37,491 bases of DNA from a virus, in IMG/VR virus record IMGVR_UViG_3300002037_000002, positions 1 to 37,491 of that record. One strand, 5' to 3'. This document shows positions 1 to 8,044 of this stretch, piece after piece. Made by a program: the position numbers and the translations under genes. The notes beneath the pieces are model-generated. The model worked only from the letters and a program-made list of their open reading frames with translations. It did no database searches and had not been told where the DNA came from. Every line of letters begins with the position of its first letter. The stretch's first letter is position 1.

Positions 1-49
1 AGCAAACCAAATTCTGACTGACGCTCAAGCGGCGCGTGATGCTGCGCAA
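1..49. repeat. Terminal overlap: bases 1-49 identical to 37443-37491 (circular-assembly overlap or terminal redundancy)
   Basis: Direct comparison: agcaaaccaaattctgactgacgctcaagcggcgcgtgatgctgcgcaa is present at both ends; the window stops at the last repeated base. Confidence 0.97.
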
Positions 50-2743
50 GAGGCGCAGGCAGGAGCTGAGGCCGCTGAGAACACCATGTTCGAATGGAAA
101 GGGCAGTGGGTTACGGGCACCGATTACGAGCTGACTGATGCGGTTGGCCGCGATGGTCGCACATGGGCCTGTGAAGTGCCGCACACGGCAGGTGATTTTG
201 ACGAGGATCAGACCGCCGGATACTGGGGTCTTGTCGCTGATCGTGGCCTTAACGGTGAGGGCACGGGCGATTTGCTGGCCGAGCAAAACCTGCAAGATTT
301 GCAAGACCCAGGGGCCGCTTGGAATTTCCTGAAACAAGGGGCTACCCCAACGGCGGCGGGCGTTATTCGGCGGGCAACAGCGGCGGAGCTGGCGGCGGGG
401 CTGGCCGATGTGGTCCCAGACGCGCAGCTCATTCAGCAGCATGTTGCAGCGCAAGTTGCGCCGATCTCAACCCGTGTGGATGGTTTGCCGTTCTGGTCAT
501 GGCAGGAAAGCCAAGCCTACACGGGCGCTGGTCAGGTTCTCACATTCCAGCACGATCTAGGTGGGCGGCCTGATTTTGTTTCCGTCGATCTTGTCTGCAC
601 GGTGGCGAATAACGGGTTTCTCGTCGGAGAAATTATCCACGACATTCAAAGCACTGTTGCAGGTGATGCAGACCGAAACCATACTGCAGGGTTTGCCATT
701 ATCAGCGAGGGTGACAATGCGTTAACGCTGGCGGTTGGGCCGAAGGGGCTGTATGCGCGGAACAAGACAGGCGCGGGTTTCTTTGTCTCGGCGGGTCAAT
801 GGGACATTCAGATGAGTGTCAAAGAGACACGCCCGGTTGCGGTGTTTGATGCGCCGCAGGTCACGCCTCTGGTTGTCACGCAAGGCCCGTCAATCAGTGG
901 CGATTTGTTCTTTGGTGGCACACTCTCGCTTGATGATGGTGCAGCTACAGGGACTGGCACGCCAGCAGTCATTGCGCGGCGCTGGTTTGCGGACGGCGTA
1001 CAGGTTCCAAACGAAACGGAGGCGACATACACGCCGCCCACGCAAAATGATCCTGTTGAGATTTATGCAACGGTGCTTTGGCAGGATGATGTCACGGCAG
1101 AGCTGGCAATTAGCCCAACTGTCACGGTGACAGGGGCAAGCACACAGCCGCCGCAGGTTGAGGAAAGCCAGTGGGAATTGCGCAACAACCCGAACGCGCA
1201 GGCCGGTGGTGAGCTGATCATTGAAATTCTGGAGGACTTGGCAGACGGCGGGTCGCCTCTCACGGATATCACTTATACGCTCAACGGGGGCGAACCGTTC
1301 TCAACCGGGTTGCTTGGGCCGGGCACATTCACAATCCCCAACCTTAACAATGGTGAGGAATACGATGTCCGCTTGATTGCTGAGAATGCGATTGATGTGG
1401 CTCCGCCCTCTGTTGCAAAACAGGAAACCCCGCAAGACCTTGTGGGGCCGGTCATTGCCAGCCTGACTTATGACGGGACAGGCACTTTCACTTTGCAGGT
1501 CAACGAGGGTGACACGGTATTCTGGCGGGTGGACAACGACACAAACCTTTTGCCTTCCGATGTTGAGGCGGGTGGTGGCCTTGCCGCAGGCTCCCACGTA
1601 TGGACGGGCGCATCCGGCACGGTGGTCATGGACTTTTCCGCAGTTCCAAACGGCGTTCACACGCTGCACATGACGACACGCGACCCGGACGGAAACTTGG
1701 CGGGCAGTGTTGTTTCGGATCAATTCACATTCGAGGACGGGGTTTCGGATACCGTTCCTGTCACGCCAGATGCGGATGACTTCGACGTTGCGACCGGATC
1801 GGCGGAAAGTGAAATTGATCTGACAATCAACAGCCTGCCAGCAAACGGCGGCCAGCCCATTACGGGTGGTCAATACCGGATTAACGGCGCAGGCTCTTGG
1901 ATTGCAATTCCGGGCTATGCAGGAACCGGCACCTATACGTTAACAATGGCCGCCGCTTCTACGTCCTACGGGTTTGAGGTGCGGTTTATCAACTCGGTTG
2001 GTGAAAGCCTGCCCAGCCCAAGCGAGAGCGCCACATCCGGGGCCGCAGCAGGTGGCGGCGGTTCAGTTCTTCCAACCATCATTGGCGCACCGCAACAGGA
2101 CAGCAGCTCGACAAACATCACCTTTACCCCGTCCACATTTGCAGGACTAGCAACGGGAGATAAGCTGCTTGCCGCAATCGAATATCGAGGCAGTGACCAA
2201 AACGAGGTCACATTGCCTGCCGGGTTCACTTTAGTGGCCAGCTCTCTTGCGGCGTCGGGCGTGGCCTCAAGTGATATTGCGGTCGCGATCTATCAAAAGG
2301 ACGTCACCGAGGCGGACCCAGCCAATGACGAACCGGATGCGGTGTTTGTCGATCCCGGCGGCATCAACCACCTCGGCGGCAGCATGATTGCGGTGCGCGA
2401 TGTGAACAATATTGCGGTGCGTGCCACGGCGGCGTCAGCAGGGGCGGAAACGGCTGTATCATCTGGGGCCATGGGAAACACGGGTGGCGATGACGCTCTG
2501 CTTTTGATTGCCCTGGCCAACGCAATCGGCGCGCAAGAGGGCATTAACCAAGTCACAAGCCCAGCAGCCGCCAATCTGGCGAACCTCACCCTTGAGGATT
2601 TCCGCCAACACGTTTCCGGTGGTGACGCCGGGATTAACGTCTACACTGGGGAGCTTGCAACAGCGGGCGACGCGGGCACCTTCACTGCCACACTATCCAA
2701 CGCGGATGAGTGGGCCTTGTCAGCATTGGAATTGAGATCATGA
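1..2743 (+). CDS. Tail fibre protein, 3' portion of the CDS that starts at 36943 (ORF-track 86..2743 starts at an internal Met)
   Basis: Frame with codons starting at base 2 is open from base 1 and in phase with ATG 86. The upstream residues continue the open frame at the window end. Two FN3-like segments, a Gly-rich linker and a beta-rich C-terminal domain. Stop TGA 2741-2743. 500 nt (36943-37442) plus 2743 nt gives 3243 nt, or 1081 codons. Confidence 0.85.
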   Translation, partial: ANQILTDAQAARDAAQEAQAGAEAAENTMFEWKGQWVTGTDYELTDAVGRDGRTWACEVPHTAGDFDEDQTAGYWGLVADRGLNGEGTGDLLAEQNLQDLQDPGAAWNFLKQGATPTAAGVIRRATAAELAAGLADVVPDAQLIQQHVAAQVAPISTRVDGLPFWSWQESQAYTGAGQVLTFQHDLGGRPDFVSVDLVCTVANNGFLVGEIIHDIQSTVAGDADRNHTAGFAIISEGDNALTLAVGPKGLYARNKTGAGFFVSAGQWDIQMSVKETRPVAVFDAPQVTPLVVTQGPSISGDLFFGGTLSLDDGAATGTGTPAVIARRWFADGVQVPNETEATYTPPTQNDPVEIYATVLWQDDVTAELAISPTVTVTGASTQPPQVEESQWELRNNPNAQAGGELIIEILEDLADGGSPLTDITYTLNGGEPFSTGLLGPGTFTIPNLNNGEEYDVRLIAENAIDVAPPSVAKQETPQDLVGPVIASLTYDGTGTFTLQVNEGDTVFWRVDNDTNLLPSDVEAGGGLAAGSHVWTGASGTVVMDFSAVPNGVHTLHMTTRDPDGNLAGSVVSDQFTFEDGVSDTVPVTPDADDFDVATGSAESEIDLTINSLPANGGQPITGGQYRINGAGSWIAIPGYAGTGTYTLTMAAASTSYGFEVRFINSVGESLPSPSESATSGAAAGGGGSVLPTIIGAPQQDSSSTNITFTPSTFAGLATGDKLLAAIEYRGSDQNEVTLPAGFTLVASSLAASGVASSDIAVAIYQKDVTEADPANDEPDAVFVDPGGINHLGGSMIAVRDVNNIAVRATAASAGAETAVSSGAMGNTGGDDALLLIALANAIGAQEGINQVTSPAAANLANLTLEDFRQHVSGGDAGINVYTGELATAGDAGTFTATLSNADEWALSALELRS

Positions 2744-4026
2744 CCCAAAGAGACGCAGCCAACACCTCAGAGCTTGTGAGTGCCCTTGCCGCATCGGTCG
2801 GCGGGGACGAGGTTGTTTTAACCGGGCAGAGCTATGGCCATTTTGATTGGGGCGGGACATACAGTTCGCCCGTCACCTTGCGCGGCTCAGACCCGGATAA
2901 CCGCCCGCTTGTCCAGTTCTCGGGCGATCAGATTGCTATGGGCAATCTAAACGGCGCGATCATTCAGGGCATTGACTTTCAGCGGCTCTACGTGAGCGGC
3001 AACAGCAGTCAAGTCAACACCATTGTGTTGAGCGGGGCGAATGAAATCCTAATGGAAAATTGCGGCGTGAAGGGCGGCACGATGCCTAACGGCGCATTCA
3101 ATGGCCGAGGCATCGCGGCACAGGATGACACAGCCTCAGACGTGACTTTCCGCAACGTGAAGTTTGAGGAATTGTTTAAAGGCATTGTCGCCAGCGCTGC
3201 AAACCTGACGATTGACACTTGTGAGTTCACCAAGATGCGCTCTGATGGTATGACCCTCTCGCGCTTGCGGGTTGCCCTTATCCAACGATGCTGGCTCCAC
3301 GCCTTCAACACTGTTCCAGGATCAGAGGCGCACCCCGATATGATCCAGTTTACACGCTCGACCGGCATTGGTTCTCACGATGTTATCTTGCGTCAATGTG
3401 TTCTGGACGCTGGCGCGGGTCTGTTTGGGCAAGGTCTTTTTGCCGGGGACAGTGGTCAGAATTTGGGAAGCCCCGGAGATAACGTGCGCCATCGCCGCTT
3501 CACTGTTGAGGATATGGCGTTCTATGTGGATCACACCAACCTCTGCAATCTGAGTGGGGTTGATGATTTGACGTATCGTCGCATCTCCGCGTTTCGGTCA
3601 GAAAACGAGTTCCCGTTTGCGTCTAATGAAAGCCTGATCCGGGCCAACGAATGCACGCAGGTTACGCTTGATAATTGTGTCGCAGGTCAGTTTGACGTGC
3701 CGTCAGGTTCAACCGAGATCAACAATGTGGTGTCAGAGCGCTCCGACTTGGGCACGCATCACACTGTCATTGCCTCGACCCCAGAAACCAACTCGGGCTT
3801 TACCGATGATTATCATGATTACGAGATCAATAGCGGCGGCGCGGTCCACACGGCCAACGCTGGCGCGCGTATCATGAAGCGTGAGGGCGGTTGGGGCGGC
3901 CTCGGTATCGAGCCGCACCCAGACTATCCTGGCGGCTTCCGTGGGGCTGGCTCCGGTGGCGGTGGCAACCCTCCCTCTTCCATCCCTGCCGACGGCCTCG
4001 CAACCCTCAACATTAACGTGGTGTAA
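2740..4026 (+). CDS. Tailspike / polysaccharide depolymerase-like protein (parallel beta-helix)
   Basis: ATG 2740 overlaps the fibre stop (ATGA). Repeated beta-helix-like segments (NGAIIQGIDFQ, NEILMENCGVKGG, VTFRNVKFEE, LTIDTCEFTKMRSDG, HPDMIQF). Position next to the tail fibre. By-eye fold call only. Confidence 0.7.
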   Translation: MTQRDAANTSELVSALAASVGGDEVVLTGQSYGHFDWGGTYSSPVTLRGSDPDNRPLVQFSGDQIAMGNLNGAIIQGIDFQRLYVSGNSSQVNTIVLSGANEILMENCGVKGGTMPNGAFNGRGIAAQDDTASDVTFRNVKFEELFKGIVASAANLTIDTCEFTKMRSDGMTLSRLRVALIQRCWLHAFNTVPGSEAHPDMIQFTRSTGIGSHDVILRQCVLDAGAGLFGQGLFAGDSGQNLGSPGDNVRHRRFTVEDMAFYVDHTNLCNLSGVDDLTYRRISAFRSENEFPFASNESLIRANECTQVTLDNCVAGQFDVPSGSTEINNVVSERSDLGTHHTVIASTPETNSGFTDDYHDYEINSGGAVHTANAGARIMKREGGWGGLGIEPHPDYPGGFRGAGSGGGGNPPSSIPADGLATLNINVV

Positions 4027-4028
4027 TC

Positions 4029-4376
4029 ATGGACGGCGAATTTAGATACGTAAACAGCACAGGGGTGAAGGTCGGCGACGGCCTGCGCCCCACGCGCATT
4101 TCCGAAGGAGGCAAGAAATTTGAAATCTTGGTGGATGAAAAGACCGAACGATATTCCGAGGTCTTCTACAAGGTCGATGATACGCCACCCGCGCCAGAAC
4201 TAGCCTCCATCCTCGTCGCAACATCCTCGCAGCTAAGCGCTGCGCTTGAGGATGCGGAGCCGGGCCAAACCTTTGTTCTTGAGCCGGGCGTGTATCATAT
4301 CCAATTTGACCCGCGCAAAGGGTTCAAATTTCTGCCTGCGGATGGCCACGATTTTGAAGGCGTGGGAAATGGTTGA
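4029..4376 (+). CDS. Hypothetical protein; carries a beta-helix N-terminal cap-like motif then stops (possible tailspike remnant)
   Basis: ATG 3 nt after the previous stop. SSQLSAALEDAEPGQTFVLEPGVYHIQF mirrors SELVSALAASVGGDEVVLTGQSYGHF at the N-terminus of the upstream protein. Confidence 0.55.
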   Translation: MDGEFRYVNSTGVKVGDGLRPTRISEGGKKFEILVDEKTERYSEVFYKVDDTPPAPELASILVATSSQLSAALEDAEPGQTFVLEPGVYHIQFDPRKGFKFLPADGHDFEGVGNG

Positions 4377-4695
4377 AACAAGCGGTCAGACAGCGAGAGG
4401 GCAAACTCAAGTGGAACGGATGCTTTTGCATGTGGTGCAAGCTATCACTATCGCGGGGATCGTTGGCGGCTATGTTGCCGTTGGCGATCTCAAAACTCAA
4501 ACGGCGGTATTGCAATCTAAGGTCGAGGCGATGAGCATCCGCCTACAAGACTTCCGTGGGGCCGCTGATGATCGTTACACAGGCTCACAGGCTCGCCGTG
4601 ACATGGCCCCGCTTTTGGAAAAGCTTTCTGATCATGAAGAACGGATCAGAGACATTGAACGCCGATACAACGGCGGGAAAGGGGGAGACCCATGA
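4369..4695 (+). CDS. Membrane protein with one transmembrane (TM) helix plus coiled coil (lysis-cassette associated; holin/antiholin/releasin-like role possible)
   Basis: ATG 4369 overlaps the stop of the previous ORF. TM segment LLHVVQAITIAGIVGGYVAV followed by a charged helical region. Sits directly upstream of the holin candidate and amidase. Confidence 0.55.
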   Translation: MVETSGQTARGQTQVERMLLHVVQAITIAGIVGGYVAVGDLKTQTAVLQSKVEAMSIRLQDFRGAADDRYTGSQARRDMAPLLEKLSDHEERIRDIERRYNGGKGGDP

Positions 4696-4868
4696 CAGAG
4701 CAATCTCAACAGGTGGCACAGCAGTCCGGTTTCTGGGATGCCCTTTCAAATTTTATGGACCGGCTGGCCGAAATCGAGGTCAGCCTTTTCACTGTCCTGG
4801 TCCTCTTTGCAGTCTATAGCCTGCGTGAGTTAGTCGGGCTTTACCTTAAATGGAGGGCGGGCAAATGA
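4692..4868 (+). CDS. Holin candidate (58 aa, one TM, basic C-terminus)
   Basis: Not in the ORF track (below 60 aa). ATGA overlap with the upstream stop at 4692-4695. Hand translation: MTEQSQQVAQQSGFWDALSNFMDRLAEIEVSLFTVLVLFAVYSLRELVGLYLKWRAGK. Its stop overlaps the amidase ATG 4865 (ATGA). Confidence 0.5.
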   Translation: MTEQSQQVAQQSGFWDALSNFMDRLAEIEVSLFTVLVLFAVYSLRELVGLYLKWRAGK

Positions 4869-5521
4869 GAGACGTTGACACAATCATGATCCACTGTTCG
4901 GCAACGCGCCCGGACTGGATGGACGGCCACACTGCACATGAAAAGCGCGATGAAATTGAGCGCTGGCACTTGGCAAATGGTTGGATCGGCCTTGGTTACG
5001 CAGAGCTTTATGATCGCGACGGGACCGCTGTAATAGGTCGCGACCTTGATGGTGACGGCGATCCTTGGGAACACATCACAGCGGGCGCGCGAGGCCACAA
5101 CAAGAGGACAATTCATCTTTGCCTTTTGGGTGGTCACGGCTCTAGTGAGAACGACCAGTTCGAAGACAACTTTACGCCAGAGCAAGACACGATTTTGCGC
5201 AAGCGTATTGCATTTCTTAAGCGGAAATTCCCTACGATCAAGTATGTGAAGGGTCACAACGAGGTGGCGGCCAAGGCGTGCCCCGGTTTCAAGGTTGGGC
5301 CGTGGCTGGAGCAAATGCCTGCGCGCGGCCTTGGTGGATCTACCACCCTGCGCGGTGTGGGCGCAGCGGTCGCAGCCGGTGGTGCTGGCGTTGTCAACTC
5401 GGTTGGCAAGCTTGATCCGGTTTCGCAGTATATCCTTGTCGGATGTGCAGCCGTGGCCGTGTTGGCGCTTCTGTGGATTGCACGCGAACGCATCAAGAAA
5501 TGGGGACGGGGGGTCCGGTAA
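4865..5521 (+). CDS. N-acetylmuramoyl-L-alanine amidase endolysin (T7-lysozyme / PGRP type) with C-terminal hydrophobic tail
   Basis: IMIHCSAT and KGHNEVAAKACPGF match the Zn-ligand motifs of Amidase_2 enzymes. GGAGGG lies 7 nt upstream of ATG 4865 (ORF-track alternative start 4850). The C-terminus GVGAAVAAGGAGVV...ILVGCAAVAVLALLWIA is hydrophobic. Confidence 0.85.
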   Translation: MRDVDTIMIHCSATRPDWMDGHTAHEKRDEIERWHLANGWIGLGYAELYDRDGTAVIGRDLDGDGDPWEHITAGARGHNKRTIHLCLLGGHGSSENDQFEDNFTPEQDTILRKRIAFLKRKFPTIKYVKGHNEVAAKACPGFKVGPWLEQMPARGLGGSTTLRGVGAAVAAGGAGVVNSVGKLDPVSQYILVGCAAVAVLALLWIARERIKKWGRGVR

Positions 5522-5779
5522 ATGGGTGTCACAGCAAATATTCAGGTAACGAGCGCTTGGCAAATGGCGCTTGCAGGTCCGTTTGACGGAGTGATTGAGA
5601 CTTCTGGGACCAAGTTGGATTTTGCTGTGACAGCATCCGACACCGTCGCTCCGGCAAGTGGTTTGGTTCCGCACCATCTTCAACTCGAAGACCCGCGTCA
5701 GTGTTCAATTGATGCTGGTGAATTTCTTTGGGTGCGAGGGCCAAGTAATTCTGTCTTTGTATACACGCCGGTAGGATAG
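5522..5779 (+). CDS. Hypothetical protein
   Basis: ATG immediately after the amidase stop; 85 aa; no recognisable motif. Confidence 0.5.
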   Translation: MGVTANIQVTSAWQMALAGPFDGVIETSGTKLDFAVTASDTVAPASGLVPHHLQLEDPRQCSIDAGEFLWVRGPSNSVFVYTPVG

Positions 5780-5783
5780 GGCC

Positions 5784-6509
5784 ATGCAATTCGCGCAGTT
5801 TCTCGGAAAGTTCACAGGTGCAGCAAACCAGGGCGACAAGGGACCGACCGGCGATCAGGGGCCACCGGGAGACCAAGGGCCAGCCGGTGACCCCGGTCCT
5901 GACGGCAACCCAGGTGCCGACGGAAACCCCGGAGCTGATGGTCAACCAGGTGCGGATGGTAGCCCTGGCGCAGACGGCCAGCCGGGAGCCGATGGCAACC
6001 CCGGCCCCGATGGTAATCCGGGTGCAGATGGTGCGGACGGCACGGACGTAGGCGCAAAGGTTGCAGGCTACCGCGCTACCACAGCCACCAATATCAACGT
6101 GGGCGCAGACGGCGTGGATATTCCTTGGGATAATACGGGCGACCGCCGCCAAGATACGGGCGTGACTATCAATGCCGGACACACAGAGGTGACGGTTGCG
6201 GGCACGCCAGATCACGTTGAGATTTCTTGTACGGTCAAGGTTTCAATCGCTGACAATGTCAGTATTCAACGACCAAACCAGGTTGTTTCAATTATTCGGT
6301 CTGATGGGCGCGTTCTTGGGGCGTCGGCAACGGGCTACATTCGTGACGCTGGAGACCATGAGGAAGCATCCTATCACCTTCATGTCATTGATTTTGCGCC
6401 CATTGCTGACGCAAGTTACAGAGTGCATAGCGAACGTGAGGCCAGTATCGCAAGCGCCGTGAGCCTTGACCCGCTCGCAAGTCAACTAACATTTCGCGTT
6501 TATGATTAA
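5784..6509 (+). CDS. Collagen-like tail fibre protein (24 G-X-Y triplets plus C-terminal beta-rich domain)
   Basis: AGGA 7 nt upstream of the ATG. Uninterrupted G-X-Y run GDKGPTGDQGPP...GADGADGTD followed by a 150-aa globular region. Confidence 0.85.
   Translation: MQFAQFLGKFTGAANQGDKGPTGDQGPPGDQGPAGDPGPDGNPGADGNPGADGQPGADGSPGADGQPGADGNPGPDGNPGADGADGTDVGAKVAGYRATTATNINVGADGVDIPWDNTGDRRQDTGVTINAGHTEVTVAGTPDHVEISCTVKVSIADNVSIQRPNQVVSIIRSDGRVLGASATGYIRDAGDHEEASYHLHVIDFAPIADASYRVHSEREASIASAVSLDPLASQLTFRVYD
5832..6047 (+). repeat. Tandem 9/18-nt collagen-triplet repeat (PGADGX hexapeptide units)
   Basis: 24 consecutive G-X-Y codon triplets. Units such as ggtgc(c/g)ga(c/t)gg(a/c/t)(a/c)a(a/c)cc recur. 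Confidence 0.9.
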
Positions 6510-6521
6510 GGGGGAAAGCAG

Positions 6522-6806
6522 ATGATCAGCCTAGGCACAATCACATCATGGCTCATTGGCTCAAGCGCGGGTCGCTGGACGGGCGCTGTCATGGTCGGAC
6601 TTATCGCCTTCGGCGCATACACAGCATTCATTCGGAACGACGCAGCAAACGACGCGCTGCAAAAGGTGGAGGAAATCAACCGTGACCTTGAGAACAACGC
6701 TATTGATGCGCGCGACGCTCGTCGCCAGTGTAATGCTATTGGCGGGATGTCCTGGGACTTCGGTTCCGGCAAATGTGTCCAGCTTGACGCGAGTGGTGGG
6801 GACTGA
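6522..6806 (+). CDS. i-spanin candidate (N-terminal TM, periplasmic helical domain)
   Basis: AGGGGGA upstream of the ATG. TM segment GAVMVGLIAFGAYTAFI, then a charged helical region with Cys. Its 3' end overlaps a lipoprotein ORF in another frame. Confidence 0.65.
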   Translation: MISLGTITSWLIGSSAGRWTGAVMVGLIAFGAYTAFIRNDAANDALQKVEEINRDLENNAIDARDARRQCNAIGGMSWDFGSGKCVQLDASGGD

Positions 6807-6954
6807 CCTGCCCGGCGCAAAAGGTGAGACCTTGGCAGATCAAGACAAGATTGACAGCACTGTGGCGGGGCTGTGCGGGGCAGGTATCTACGCCAAAGAA
6901 CTTTGCGACCAGCACACCCAAGCCAGCCGGGCAAGACTAAAGGCGCTGCAATAG
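6706..6954 (+). CDS. o-spanin candidate (outer-membrane lipoprotein, lipobox LLAGC)
   Basis: Internal ATG 6706 of ORF 6556..6954 gives MRATLVASVMLLAGCPGT..., a signal peptide plus lipobox. Overlaps the i-spanin 3' end by 101 nt in a different frame, the classic overlapped Rz/Rz1-type layout. Confidence 0.7.
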   Translation: MRATLVASVMLLAGCPGTSVPANVSSLTRVVGTDLPGAKGETLADQDKIDSTVAGLCGAGIYAKELCDQHTQASRARLKALQ

Positions 6955-6966
6955 CGTCCTTTTATA
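6941..6966 (+). terminator. Possible bidirectional stem-loop at the convergent junction
   Basis: aggcgct-gcaat-agcg(t)cct gives a 7-bp stem with one bulge, followed by ttttat. Lies between converging genes ending at 6954 and 6962. Weak. Confidence 0.3.
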
Positions 6967-7378
6967 ACTCTATTTTTTCGGCACTTTTCCACATGCGCAT
7001 TCCCTCACAAGCTAACGCGTAAAACCGCTTGGTGAATGTAATCTGCATGGTTTCGTAGTCTGGTCGAAAACCCTCTTGCGCTGGCATCCCAATTTTATCC
7101 AGATGGCTGGTCAGCTTTTGCGTGTTGTCGTGAACGAAATCATAGGGGGCCTCGCCAACTATACCGCCTGAGCGTCTGCGCTGATCGCTGTTTCGACTCT
7201 TGCTCCAAGCGTCATCAATTTCACATTTCAGGCAAAGAGCCACAAACTTACTGCAGAGTAATTTATGGACCTGACATTTCTCATAGTTGTCTAATCTGCC
7301 GGGTGTGTTGCAGATCAAATAGCGTGCAACATCAAAATCCGTTAGCAGGCGAAATGCGTGTTCTTCCTGGCTGGGCAT
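6962..7378 (-). CDS. Hypothetical Cys-rich protein (lower-GC accessory gene)
   Basis: 138-aa ORF preceded by AGGACCGTCATG. Hand GC count of seven 60-nt lines is about 48 percent, against about 55-57 percent in sampled structural lines. Confidence 0.6.
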   Translation of the reverse strand: MPSQEEHAFRLLTDFDVARYLICNTPGRLDNYEKCQVHKLLCSKFVALCLKCEIDDAWSKSRNSDQRRRSGGIVGEAPYDFVHDNTQKLTSHLDKIGMPAQEGFRPDYETMQITFTKRFYALACEGMRMWKSAEKIEL

Positions 7379-7390
7379 GACGGTCCTTTT

Positions 7391-7771
7391 CTAACGCTGT
7401 TTAATTTCGACCACATCGATGCCTTTTTCTCGGGCAAGATTGATCATGTTTTGAGTTCCGCGACTGCCTGGAAATGCAATCACCTTGTGAGGTTTTTGAT
7501 CGCGCATTTGCCTGTTACGGATAGGCCCCGCCGCGCGACCATATGTTTCCCAATCCGCAGGAAAAGAAGAAACCTCTATCGCCAATTTCCCACCCCATGA
7601 CGCGGCCATTGCATCAGCGCCTTTTGCGCCCCCGTGAATAAGGTGGGCGGGGTATCCAAAGCGGCCAATCAGGTCGGACATTGCGCCATCAAACATGCTA
7701 TGGTCGGCAAAGTCTCTACCGCCGCAAACTAACCAAGTTTCATTATTGCAAATCACAGCCACAGTGGTCAT
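7391..7771 (-). CDS. DUF2493 / SLOG-family (DprA/LOG-like Rossmannoid) protein
   Basis: Internal ATG 7771 preceded by GGGACCGTCATG. The motif LIHGGAKGADAMAASW and the overall length fit my recollection of DUF2493. The ORF-track start 7915 overlaps the upstream gene. Confidence 0.6.
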   Translation of the reverse strand: MTTVAVICNNETWLVCGGRDFADHSMFDGAMSDLIGRFGYPAHLIHGGAKGADAMAASWGGKLAIEVSSFPADWETYGRAAGPIRNRQMRDQKPHKVIAFPGSRGTQNMINLAREKGIDVVEIKQR

Positions 7772-7781
7772 GACGGTCCCC

Positions 7782-7970
7782 TTATGTCCAATCCAAATCT
7801 TCTTGGTCGCCATCCCACTCGCAGAGGTCGCAGGCGGCATGGCCAGCCCCAACTTCCGGCTCGTGTAATGGCCTCCATTCGCCACGCGACCACTTCCACC
7901 CAGACGCCGCTTCAATGCATAGCCCTGACGAGCGCTTGCATCTTGGGCATATGGGCCTTGTGGCGGTCAT
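7782..7970 (-). CDS. Small zinc-ribbon-like protein (CPRC ... CDLC)
   Basis: 62-aa ORF preceded by AGGACCGTTATG. Its stop TAA is part of the ribosome-binding site (RBS) of the next gene. Confidence 0.55.
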   Translation of the reverse strand: MTATRPICPRCKRSSGLCIEAASGWKWSRGEWRPLHEPEVGAGHAACDLCEWDGDQEDLDWT

Positions 7971-8044
7971 AACGGTCCTTATCTTTGTTTGTGAATGAAG
8001 GCCATTTGACGGCCCTACTCTTTGTCGTGTTACAAATTCTGCAT

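Noticed and set aside
86-2743. ATG 86 as the start of the fibre gene
   Set aside because: The frame is open upstream to base 1 and is continuous with the frame from ATG 36943 once the 49-nt duplicate is removed. Met 86 is internal.
4841-5683. 280-aa minus-strand ORF opposite the amidase gene
   Set aside because: The plus strand encodes clear Amidase_2 motifs and is translationally coupled to its neighbours. The antisense product is Arg/Cys/His-rich with no motif.
5529-6215. 228-aa minus-strand ORF (plus 5812..6057 and 5818..6051) over the collagen repeat
   Set aside because: It is a by-product of the G-X-Y codon repeat, which is stop-free in several frames. The plus-strand collagen reading has an RBS and a globular C-terminal domain.
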